Source: a virus
Reading direction: 5' to 3' (one strand)
Virus record (IMG/VR): IMGVR_UViG_3300022851_000003
Length of the DNA stretch: 59,477 bases
Both the position numbers and the translations under genes were made by a program. The notes below the pieces were generated by a model. The model saw only the letters and a program-made list of their open reading frames with translations. It did no database searches and had not been told where the DNA came from. Below, piece after piece: positions 1 to 9,184 of the stretch; the stretch's first letter is position 1; every line of letters begins with the position of its first letter.

Positions 1-127
1 AGGTTAAATAATGGCAGACTCAGTAAGAATCCAAATCATCCGAGACGACGTCGTCGTAGACGACTCATCGGCGGTCCTCGGATCAATGCAAGACGGGACC
101 AAAGTGCTTGACGCAATGGTCGCCGCG
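1..127. repeat. terminal overlap copy 1
   Basis: Identical to 59351-59477. Confidence 0.95.
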
Positions 128-346
128 TTTGCGGACCAGTACGGTATCCACAAAGTCCCCGGTGAAACGGAGGAAGACGATCCCGTTCCAGTTAGCCTTT
201 ACCGAAACTTTTCGTTTCGCATCCGCGAGTTTGCTACCACGATTGTCAAGGCCTACGTCAGCAAGACCGCAGCAAACCAAGCAAAGGTCGCTGCCGATGC
301 CCAGTTCGACGACGCTCTATCAGCAGTAACAATCATAGAGAACTAA
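11..346 (+). CDS. hypothetical protein
   Basis: 111-aa ORF directly after the fibre-like gene; no recognisable motif. Confidence 0.45.
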   Translation: MADSVRIQIIRDDVVVDDSSAVLGSMQDGTKVLDAMVAAFADQYGIHKVPGETEEDDPVPVSLYRNFSFRIREFATTIVKAYVSKTAANQAKVAADAQFDDALSAVTIIEN

Positions 347-347
347 T

Positions 348-1904
348 ATGGCAACTCAAACGCTCGAATTCGACGCACCATCCGGCCTGACGCTCAGTTG
401 CAAGCTGTTTGCGATTGGCTCGGATACTGTCGTTGCCACAGCATCGGCAACTGAAAAGACCAACGATCTGAATCGGTACAGTGTGGCTTATACCGACTTG
501 GCCGCTGGTGCTTATCGGCTCAATGCGTTTGTTGGTGCGGTCGGTGGGTTTGCGAATGAGTTGTTTGATACCCTGGCCGCGACGGGTACTTATTATCCGC
601 GATCTGAGACTGCACCGCTCGACGCAGCCGGAACACGCACAGCGATCGGTCTGGCGGCAGCAAACCTCGATACGCAATTGGCCGACATACCAACCGTCTC
701 GGAGTTTGATGCAAGGACATTGGCATCGGCTGATTACTTTGTGGTCGGTGACTACACCGCACCCGACAACGCAAGTATTACTGCGATCCTTGCCTCCACT
801 GACGAACTACAAACGAATCAAGGCAACTGGTTGACTGCTACGGGTTTCAGTACGCACTCAGCCGCCGATGTTGTCACCGCACTCGGCACCGGCTCGACGC
901 TGACCGATTGTGCAACTGCTGACGTTTCGGGACTCGCTACCGCCGCATCAATTGCAGGACTCAATGACTTTGACCCCGCAGTCGATATAGTCGCCCGTGT
1001 CACGTTGACCGATACCACGACCGCCAATACGGACATGCGAGGCACAGACAGTGCGTTGCTTGCAGCAAACTACACTGCACCGGACAACGATAGCATCACA
1101 GAAATCCTACTCGACACCGGCACCACGATTCCAGGCACGATCACTACCGCACAGGGCACGCTGACGAAACTCGAAACGGCACTCGAAGCTGACGGATCAA
1201 GTGGCTGGCAGTACACGACGCTGGCTCTGGAAAACGGTCCTGCCGATGGCGGCGGCGGTGGTGATGCGACACTCGCGAAGCAAGAGGAAATCCTAACCGC
1301 AGTAGGCAATGTGGCGAATGTGTCTCTTACCGGACCCAATGTCGTCAACGTCAACGTCACCAACATTGCGGACGATGCGGCTATCGAGAATGCCACGGTT
1401 CGCGTCTTCAAGGCCGGTTCGTCTGAATCGAAAACGACCGACAGCGAAGGAGACATCGAACCATTTGCACTCGCTTCTGCGACTTGGACACTGGCAATCG
1501 ACGCCGAGAACTTCGGGAGCTACGTTGATACCGCGTTCGTGGTGGGCGGTGACATCTCCGAGGAAGTGCAACTCACCGTCAGTTCAATCTCTCCACCGTC
1601 CGCTGCCGATAAGTCCAACGTCGGACTTCGTGTCATCACGCAGTTTGGCGTGCCTGTGAAGTTCCAGAACGTTCGCGTGGAAATCTTCGAGAACGAATTC
1701 GGCGCGTCGAGCTACGTCGTCAATGCGGACGTTCCTTTGGCGACCGATGCAAGCGGGAACGTGCAGTTTGAGGTACTCAAGTCAACCGAGTTCACCGACG
1801 GAGCGGGCGTGTACCAAGTCACCGTCGGCACCGGACGAGACGCCAAGACGTTTAAGTTCGCGGCACCCTCGACGCCAACCTATCAACTCACGCAGAAGAT
1901 CTAG
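348..1904 (+). CDS. putative virion structural protein (Thr/Ala/Asp-rich, fibre-like)
   Basis: 518-aa ORF in structural arc; composition typical of fibre or decoration proteins. Confidence 0.5.
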   Translation: MATQTLEFDAPSGLTLSCKLFAIGSDTVVATASATEKTNDLNRYSVAYTDLAAGAYRLNAFVGAVGGFANELFDTLAATGTYYPRSETAPLDAAGTRTAIGLAAANLDTQLADIPTVSEFDARTLASADYFVVGDYTAPDNASITAILASTDELQTNQGNWLTATGFSTHSAADVVTALGTGSTLTDCATADVSGLATAASIAGLNDFDPAVDIVARVTLTDTTTANTDMRGTDSALLAANYTAPDNDSITEILLDTGTTIPGTITTAQGTLTKLETALEADGSSGWQYTTLALENGPADGGGGGDATLAKQEEILTAVGNVANVSLTGPNVVNVNVTNIADDAAIENATVRVFKAGSSESKTTDSEGDIEPFALASATWTLAIDAENFGSYVDTAFVVGGDISEEVQLTVSSISPPSAADKSNVGLRVITQFGVPVKFQNVRVEIFENEFGASSYVVNADVPLATDASGNVQFEVLKSTEFTDGAGVYQVTVGTGRDAKTFKFAAPSTPTYQLTQKI

Positions 1905-1907
1905 GAT

Positions 1908-3056
1908 ATGAAAACGCTCTACGATCTATTCTCGCACGTCCTTGATACCGAGGACGCTCACGACGACCATGTGAATCGTCGCCGTGCGTTGCGTGCTGCC
2001 GTCTGGGGATCGGAACAGACACAAAGCAGGCACCAGTGGGCGAACTACACCGTGACCACCGTGGCGAGACTCAACGCACCACTTACCGTGTTGGCAACTG
2101 TCTCGGCTACCGGCCTCGTTACACTCGATGCGGCTGAGGACGCACTGCCGGCGTGGGTGCAAGACGCCAGTGTCCAATACAGTGACCACACCTTTGTTAT
2201 CAGTCGACGAGTGTCCGATACGACGCTTCAGCTCGACGGGTGGGGTCTCGGTGCGATCGCCACCAACACCAGCATCCGAATTGTTGACGACCGATACGTT
2301 TTGCCCGATACGGTTCGCGAAATCTTCGAGGTGCGTGACGAAGACTCCGATATTGAACTTTACAGTGTCGGGCCAGAGCGATTTCGGCTGATGCAGCACA
2401 CGCAAAACGGAACACCTAGCGATCCGATCGCGGTCACCGAGGTGCGCACGACGGGACCACTGGGCCAGCAAACCGAACTGCGATTCGTACCCGCGCCGTC
2501 AAGTCAAACGGACATCGCCGTCTCCTATGTGCGTCGACCGCGCATCGCAAGTGCCCTCCACTCCTGCGGGAGCACGGCGATTGCAGGATCCACGGTGACG
2601 GTTTCCAGTTCGCTACCGTACGACCTGCTGTCTCCCGACGGTTTAATGCTTGTCGTCTCGACCACCGCAAGCGAGCCGGAACCGTCCTTTGGCTTTGGTG
2701 TTGATGAGCACGCTTCCCAGATCGGCGTGGTGCATCGTGTCAAGAGTCTCACCAGTCGCACAGAACTGGAACTCTTTGAGAGCGTCACGGCGGTCACCGG
2801 CAAAGCGGCAATCCTGACGCACGAACTCGACTTTCCCGAGGTTGCCTACAACGCGGCACAGCGATACGCCGAGGCCGAGTTTCGACGTGTCGGTCGTGGG
2901 GATGTGGGTGAGTATTGGCAAACGATCCAAATGGCAGATCGAGAATTGCGACTGGCCATGGAACAGGAATCCAAATTCACCCGACAACCGAGCGTCCCTC
3001 ACTCGCGACCGGCGACCTACAATTACCCTGAGAATGTTTCGCCGGGGGTCTCCTGA
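1908..3056 (+). CDS. hypothetical virion protein
   Basis: 382-aa ORF, 4-nt gap to upstream gene. Confidence 0.5.
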   Translation: MKTLYDLFSHVLDTEDAHDDHVNRRRALRAAVWGSEQTQSRHQWANYTVTTVARLNAPLTVLATVSATGLVTLDAAEDALPAWVQDASVQYSDHTFVISRRVSDTTLQLDGWGLGAIATNTSIRIVDDRYVLPDTVREIFEVRDEDSDIELYSVGPERFRLMQHTQNGTPSDPIAVTEVRTTGPLGQQTELRFVPAPSSQTDIAVSYVRRPRIASALHSCGSTAIAGSTVTVSSSLPYDLLSPDGLMLVVSTTASEPEPSFGFGVDEHASQIGVVHRVKSLTSRTELELFESVTAVTGKAAILTHELDFPEVAYNAAQRYAEAEFRRVGRGDVGEYWQTIQMADRELRLAMEQESKFTRQPSVPHSRPATYNYPENVSPGVS

Positions 3057-3520
3057 TGCCGGCCAACACTCTGCCCACGTACGACGACTGGACGATCGCC
3101 AAGAAGCATCGCGAGATCATCCTCGAGTTGCTGCCATCTGGAATGAGGGCGCCGATCCTGCAACGATCGATCCCTGGATTAATCAACGGACGGTTCACCA
3201 AAGACTTCAAGGCGGGCACGTACCTGATGCCACTGAAAAGCCAAATCGAGGATACGTTTTCCGATCGCCACGATGTCGCCCGCAGTACCATGCTCGTCGT
3301 CGCCGAGGGAGAAACCAGCATCCAATCCAACAGAACCCCGAACTCGATGGTCTTCATGGAACGAATCAGGAATCGTTTCGCTAGCCGACGGATCATGAAC
3401 ATCGTCGGTGAACTTTACTCGACGCACACCTCTCCCGAATACGACGTGGACGATACAATGTCGCGTCGACTCGAGATTATCCCCATTGTCCTAACCACAA
3501 CCATCCGCGAGATTCGCTAA
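3056..3520 (+). CDS. hypothetical protein
   Basis: 154-aa ORF, start overlaps upstream stop. Confidence 0.45.
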   Translation: MPANTLPTYDDWTIAKKHREIILELLPSGMRAPILQRSIPGLINGRFTKDFKAGTYLMPLKSQIEDTFSDRHDVARSTMLVVAEGETSIQSNRTPNSMVFMERIRNRFASRRIMNIVGELYSTHTSPEYDVDDTMSRRLEIIPIVLTTTIREIR

Positions 3521-3592
3521 ACAACCGACCACCCCAGGCGACCCTTTGAGATCGCCCAATCACACAATGCTTCATCACGCCCGCAAGGCGTC

Positions 3593-4588
3593 GTGGACAA
3601 CGTACTTACGGGGATGGCAGTCATGGCATGTAATTTTTGCGGCAGTTTTGGGATCAACACGAAGTTCGGTTTCGCTCCCAGCGGCGCTAACGTGGACGCG
3701 ACGCTCGTGGCGGCCACCACTCGTGAAGAAATCCTCGTCGAGAACCTGAACTACAGCGATAGTGTGGTCGGTGGACGCGGCATCACCGGATGGATGGACG
3801 CTTCCTCGCTGAAACTACGCAACGGCCAAAGGCTTGTCTCCGGTGGGTTGATTATGGAAATCGGCCCGAACCAGATCGCACCCTGGCTCAGCGCCCTCGT
3901 TGGCAACAGCGCGGCGGCGGTTGCGAACGTGTCAACGACCAAGGAGAAGTGGGACGCGATTCCGTTCGACCTCTCGGTTGAACGCGACAACGTCGATCAC
4001 GGCTACCGCTACTGCGTTGTCAACCGCGCCGTCATTCGAGGGCGATCAAACCCAAGAGACCAACAAGGCCAAATCGTCCAGATGGCATTGAGTTTCCTGG
4101 GCGTCGAAGAGGAAGACATTACGTTCCCCGGCGCGTTGGCATTGCCGAGCGACGCGCAGTACCCATGGCTCCTCGGTGACGCGAGCCTAGATTACGGTGG
4201 TGAAACCTGCTCGCTGATCTCGTTCGACATCACAATCGAAAACATGCTCAAGCCTCTGTTCCGCAACCGACTGACCCCTGGTTGCTTTCGATCGCTCGGC
4301 CGAAAAATCACGATGGACTTTGCCGTTCCCTACGGGGCCGATTCGTACGCGGGATACATCGACGACAACTCGGCGGACGCGGCAGCCGCACTCACGTTCG
4401 CGTCGACCAACCTGCCCGCTGCCGTCTCGGATTACTCAACGATCTTCACGTTCCCCCAGACGCGTCGGATTGCCCACAACTACACGACCGCGAGCAAGGA
4501 CGAAATTCCGTTGCAAATGAAACTCCAGGCTTACATCAAGGGGTCTTCGCCAGCAATGACGATTGCGAACGTGATCTCGGCCGCGTAA
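3593..4588 (+). CDS. hypothetical virion protein
   Basis: 331-aa ORF in structural arc. Confidence 0.5.
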   Translation: MDNVLTGMAVMACNFCGSFGINTKFGFAPSGANVDATLVAATTREEILVENLNYSDSVVGGRGITGWMDASSLKLRNGQRLVSGGLIMEIGPNQIAPWLSALVGNSAAAVANVSTTKEKWDAIPFDLSVERDNVDHGYRYCVVNRAVIRGRSNPRDQQGQIVQMALSFLGVEEEDITFPGALALPSDAQYPWLLGDASLDYGGETCSLISFDITIENMLKPLFRNRLTPGCFRSLGRKITMDFAVPYGADSYAGYIDDNSADAAAALTFASTNLPAAVSDYSTIFTFPQTRRIAHNYTTASKDEIPLQMKLQAYIKGSSPAMTIANVISAA

Positions 4589-4591
4589 TCC

Positions 4592-6046
4592 ATGGCATTC
4601 CAGCGGCGAAACGATGCCCCCGCCGATCAACGGCGGGAGGACGCAACCAAGTTCATGCAGGAGCTTACGGGCATTCCTGCGCGATCCATCGGTTCGCAGA
4701 TTTCCCCCATGCCTGCGGTTCCGCAGCCATCGAGCCCGCTTGCCTCGGTCGGACAGCCACCTACCGAGAATTCGCTGGAGGCTATCCCCGCAGCCGCAGC
4801 CGTGTCAACGATCGACGTGTTCGCGGGTATGGAAGATCCCGGCGATCCACCGATCACCGCATTCGATGAGTCGCCTCCTGACACAAACGAAACTGCGATA
4901 GAGCAGGTCGAATTGACGCTGGAGGACTCGGTCGCTACGGAAGCGGAGACCGCACCTGAGCCTTTGCCTGACTCTTCGATCGACACAGAGCCAGCGTCCG
5001 AACCCGCGATTGAGCAATTGCCCGAAACTGAGACGGCTCCCGAAGCGGAGATCCCGCCCGTTCCAGTCGCAGAGATGCAGCCGATGGTTGCGCCTGACGT
5101 GTCACATTCCGATAGGTCGCCCGATTTCGTGACGCCGGACCCTGTCGAGCCACAGCAACTTGATTCGCCGGATGAACCGATCGTGTCAGCGGAACCACCG
5201 ACCGCCGACATTCCATCGACGCCACAGTCCAACCAAGGCGACGACCTGCCGTTCTGGGCTCGCTATTCCGCACCCGTTGACGTGGAGGTTATTCAGGCCG
5301 GCGGCAATCCAATGATGGCCCGGCGATCGGACTTGACGCACGAACAGAAGATGGAAATCGCCGAGCGAAATACATCCGAACGGCAACAACTCCGCGAGGA
5401 ACGCCAGGAGCGATACGATCAGCGACAACCCGAACGAGACAGCCCGCCGTCGAACGCAACGAGCGATAGCACCGAAACGATCCAAGCACCCCTGTTGTTC
5501 TCCGATCCGCCTGCGAGTGATTCAGCACCAACGGAACCGACGCAACAGAGCGAGCCTGACAACGATCCGCCTGAGCAGGCACCGCAATCGTCTCAGACCG
5601 ACGAGGTGGCCGCTGATAGTGATACCGCATCGCCACCGAACATTGCTGCCAATGTGCCGCTCACTGCTGAGAATTTTGAACTGATTCGCCAGATGGTGAT
5701 GGAAGCCACAGGGCGACCACAGTCAGGGCAGCGGACGATCCCGGTCTCGCCCCAACCGTCCACGCTCAACCCGCAGGTCGCCAATGCAAGTCCAGTTGCA
5801 TTCGATCCCGAACCCACGTCGCAGATCGACACATCGCAAGACGCTCAGTACACCGAGCCCTTGGCGATGGCAAATGATTTCATCGACCGACACAATGAAG
5901 TCATCCGAATGATTATCGACGCCTTGTCCCGACTGACCGCTGGCTACACAGTCCATCGAGCGCGACTCTCAACGATCCTCGATCGACTTGACTCCGAATC
6001 GCAATCGAACGAATACGGTGAAGGAGACTCGACATGGATGGGGTAA
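4592..6046 (+). CDS. acidic Pro/Glu/Asp-rich low-complexity protein
   Basis: 484-aa ORF; long runs such as PEPLPDSSIDTEPASEPAIEQLPETETAPEAE. Confidence 0.5.
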   Translation: MAFQRRNDAPADQRREDATKFMQELTGIPARSIGSQISPMPAVPQPSSPLASVGQPPTENSLEAIPAAAAVSTIDVFAGMEDPGDPPITAFDESPPDTNETAIEQVELTLEDSVATEAETAPEPLPDSSIDTEPASEPAIEQLPETETAPEAEIPPVPVAEMQPMVAPDVSHSDRSPDFVTPDPVEPQQLDSPDEPIVSAEPPTADIPSTPQSNQGDDLPFWARYSAPVDVEVIQAGGNPMMARRSDLTHEQKMEIAERNTSERQQLREERQERYDQRQPERDSPPSNATSDSTETIQAPLLFSDPPASDSAPTEPTQQSEPDNDPPEQAPQSSQTDEVAADSDTASPPNIAANVPLTAENFELIRQMVMEATGRPQSGQRTIPVSPQPSTLNPQVANASPVAFDPEPTSQIDTSQDAQYTEPLAMANDFIDRHNEVIRMIIDALSRLTAGYTVHRARLSTILDRLDSESQSNEYGEGDSTWMG

Positions 6047-6789
6047 CGTTCTACCACGGCGACTTCACGCATCGACCTTGCGAGGTGTACCCGAAACGGT
6101 TCAGTGTCCAAAACCTTCGTGGTGCCAATGGTATCACCTGGGCCAAGAAGTACACGCTGGAGATTGGTGGTGATCTCGTCGGTGCCGATGGAACCGAACT
6201 CGATGCGAACGAGGTGGTGGCCCGCATCGCCCTCCTCGACGCGGCCTACGCGGACGAGTACCAAAACTGCGGGTTCACCATGCAGGACGGCGCGACTACC
6301 GTTCACACGTTACTGACAAACGACGCCGCGAACCTAACTGGCAACCGCATCGTCTACCGTTCATGGGAGCACCTTCACCCAGGCGAGCTTGCCAACACCC
6401 GGTCTTTTGCTGTTCGCTTTGAAGCCCTGTTTCGACACGACAACGGCCCCGTGTTTCAATACACCGAGCGAACGCGCAAGTTTGGAACCGGCGGGCCAAT
6501 GTGGAAATTGTACGAAGCCGCCAACGGAACAATCCAAAAAGTATTCGTCACCCCCAAAACCAAGGTGGTTCACATCACTGCGGGCGAACTGGTCAGTGGC
6601 GTCCCGTTGCCGCCAACCGACCCGCTCTGGCCCCTGGAAGAACAAGGGTGGCGGCGAGAGATTGAGATCGGAACGCCGGTCGACCATGGTCATCCGACCG
6701 GCAAGTTCACGCACTACCGTACCCGCTGGCAATACCACTTTGAGAGACTGGGTCCAAGCGCTCTGACCTCGACACCGAGGTACGCGTAA
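6034..6789 (+). CDS. hypothetical protein
   Basis: 251-aa ORF, overlaps upstream gene end. Confidence 0.5.
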   Translation: MDGVTFYHGDFTHRPCEVYPKRFSVQNLRGANGITWAKKYTLEIGGDLVGADGTELDANEVVARIALLDAAYADEYQNCGFTMQDGATTVHTLLTNDAANLTGNRIVYRSWEHLHPGELANTRSFAVRFEALFRHDNGPVFQYTERTRKFGTGGPMWKLYEAANGTIQKVFVTPKTKVVHITAGELVSGVPLPPTDPLWPLEEQGWRREIEIGTPVDHGHPTGKFTHYRTRWQYHFERLGPSALTSTPRYA

Positions 6790-8171
6790 TGCTCTCGATC
6801 AATCTCGCTGGGTTCCCTCCGGTTGTTCGCGCCCGCGTACGCGGCAGTTGCAATAGCACTCCCGGGCGTGCGACGGTTGAATGCGTTGTCGGAAACGGCA
6901 CCGCCCCGCCATGGCCTGACATGACGACGCTCACGATGTCTGACGGATCAACGTCGCTCTCCTGGGGTGACATGCGGGTCGTCAAATCGCCTCGCGTTCG
7001 TGGCGGTGTGATGAGGGTTGTGCTCGAAGACAGTCGTTGGAAGCTGCGAGAGACGATCCTTGGCGGCGATTACAATCAACTCGATTCGTCCGGTGTATCG
7101 CTGGTTGCTTCCCAGACGACCATGTCGGCGCTGGCTTCGACCGTCGGGTCTAAATCGTTCCTCGACGTGGTGGCTGGCGGGGTGATTCCCGCATACACAC
7201 CACCGGCTCCGTGGGGCGGATCGCTGGCATCGCAAGCACTCGACGGGTTGTTGCGGGACGCGGTTTGCCGACTTCATTACGATCCGACGACCGGACGGTA
7301 TAGCATTTGGTCGGCCGGAACCGGCAACTACCCCGCCCTCGCCAATCGCTTGTACTCGCCCTCACCCAATCGCGGAATCCGAACACTGTACGTTCGCAGC
7401 GCACCGATCCTCTACGAAGCATCCATGATCGCGGAGGCCGTGGTGGAAGATGGCACCGGGCAAATCGTCAACATCTCCGCACATGACCCCGATGAATACT
7501 TCAGCGGATTCCCCTCAATCGCCGACCCTGTCCTCCAAAGAAAACTCAAGGAGGGTGCCTTTCGATTGTGGCAAGTATCCGCCACCAACAAGCGTCTCAA
7601 GAACCACCGAGCCTTGTCGTTAATCTCCGGCAGTAACGAAGCGAAGTACATGGGAGCCAAGCTGGTTCACGCCGACCTCGCCGGGCAGATGCAAGAACTC
7701 GATGTCACACTCGTGCGATCCATCTCTCACCGCGACGAGACCGGGTACGGCATCTACTACAGTCCCACGCCGTTTCTTGAATCCTCGGGCGCCAGCCTGA
7801 AGACCACAGCGGAAATCATCGCGGCCTACAACACTGACTCAAACGCCGGACTTCAACGTGAGATCGTCACTCGAGCCGTCTCGTCCACCGGGTCTGATCG
7901 CGCAATCAATGTCCACTGGATCCGACCGATTGACTCGTCCCAACCGGACGTGCCTGCGAGCCAATGGACGACGCACCTCAATGCGGTCGCCAATGCCTTG
8001 CAAACCTCCTTCGCGAACAACCCTCACACGGTCACGCTGCCGGGACTCGTCGCATCGCCGCCTAGCGGTCACATCGGAGCCTATGAGTATTACGCACAGA
8101 TCCAACCGACCGCCACGTTGCTCACACGATTCGCTCTCGACTTCGACGCCAGCCCAGGAGACATCACCTAA
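6789..8171 (+). CDS. hypothetical protein
   Basis: 460-aa ORF. Confidence 0.5.
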   Translation: MLSINLAGFPPVVRARVRGSCNSTPGRATVECVVGNGTAPPWPDMTTLTMSDGSTSLSWGDMRVVKSPRVRGGVMRVVLEDSRWKLRETILGGDYNQLDSSGVSLVASQTTMSALASTVGSKSFLDVVAGGVIPAYTPPAPWGGSLASQALDGLLRDAVCRLHYDPTTGRYSIWSAGTGNYPALANRLYSPSPNRGIRTLYVRSAPILYEASMIAEAVVEDGTGQIVNISAHDPDEYFSGFPSIADPVLQRKLKEGAFRLWQVSATNKRLKNHRALSLISGSNEAKYMGAKLVHADLAGQMQELDVTLVRSISHRDETGYGIYYSPTPFLESSGASLKTTAEIIAAYNTDSNAGLQREIVTRAVSSTGSDRAINVHWIRPIDSSQPDVPASQWTTHLNAVANALQTSFANNPHTVTLPGLVASPPSGHIGAYEYYAQIQPTATLLTRFALDFDASPGDIT

Positions 8172-9184
8172 TGACAATGGGCGAGGGAACCGTATGGATG
8201 GTCGAGGCGAAGACGGGAGTCGGAGCAAGGGCCGCGTCGCAGGGCGAAGTCTTCCAGGCACACGCGTTGCTATTGGCCGGCAGTGATCCCGCGAGCGTAT
8301 CCAAGAACTCTAAGTGGTTCGACGTGGTCAATATGTCGATCAAAAGGGTCTGCCCCGGCGATCGAATGCCGGTTGCCAAAACACAACAAGGCCACTACAT
8401 CACCGTCGCCATGCAAGTCGGTCGTGCCATGTTCGCGAAGTTCGCCAAGAACGGCGAGTCGTGGGACGTGGTCGACTACTGGCAAGGCGAAGACCCATCT
8501 ATCTGCGACGAGCCAACGGTGGTGTTCGATTTCGATTCTAGTTGCCTTCAAGATGGTGCTGAAGTCGTGGCAAGCTACGACCCCGAGAACGATCAATACC
8601 GAGCCATCGCAACAGAATCGGCGATGCTTGGCCCGGCTTCGGATGTTACCGTCGTCGATGGTGCCGATCCTGGCATCCACTGGTCGACCGGCAACTGCGG
8701 TCAATTGGATTACGCCGTCCGAACAATCAAAGCATTCCGTTGCGGGGAAGACGAGGAAGCCGATCCTGATCCGAATTTGATCGAGAAAACCGCTCCATGG
8801 AACGGGACCATTGGCACGGTACTCGTCGGCGCTTCGATTACAACCAACGGTGCGGGGAATCCATGTTTGACATACACGACTGCCTACTCAATGATCTGCT
8901 CGGTGTCACAAGGGACACCAGATCCAATCGAGATCTGTGGACATCCTTGCTGCGATAAAGTAGTCTACTACAATCGCTACGCTTCCCCAGGAGCGATCCC
9001 AGCCGAGGCCACTCATGTCGGCCAATACACCGAAGGCTACGTGACTGATGAAGTAGCCGAACAATGCTTCCTGCCTGCCGATGCACCGGCTGGCTGGACT
9101 CAAGGATTCGCTGAGGAACTTGGTGCTGGGTTCACTCGAAACGCACTTCCCCCTGAATGCTGCCCACCCGAAGAAGGAGTTTAG
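8171..9184 (+). CDS. cysteine-rich hypothetical protein
   Basis: 337-aa ORF with clustered Cys (ICGHPCCDKV, PPECCPPEE). Confidence 0.5.
   Translation: MTMGEGTVWMVEAKTGVGARAASQGEVFQAHALLLAGSDPASVSKNSKWFDVVNMSIKRVCPGDRMPVAKTQQGHYITVAMQVGRAMFAKFAKNGESWDVVDYWQGEDPSICDEPTVVFDFDSSCLQDGAEVVASYDPENDQYRAIATESAMLGPASDVTVVDGADPGIHWSTGNCGQLDYAVRTIKAFRCGEDEEADPDPNLIEKTAPWNGTIGTVLVGASITTNGAGNPCLTYTTAYSMICSVSQGTPDPIEICGHPCCDKVVYYNRYASPGAIPAEATHVGQYTEGYVTDEVAEQCFLPADAPAGWTQGFAEELGAGFTRNALPPECCPPEEGV

Noticed and set aside
4627-5232. 201-aa minus-strand Ser/Gly-rich ORF
   Set aside because: Antisense to the acidic low-complexity gene; the repetitive composition mirrors the sense strand.
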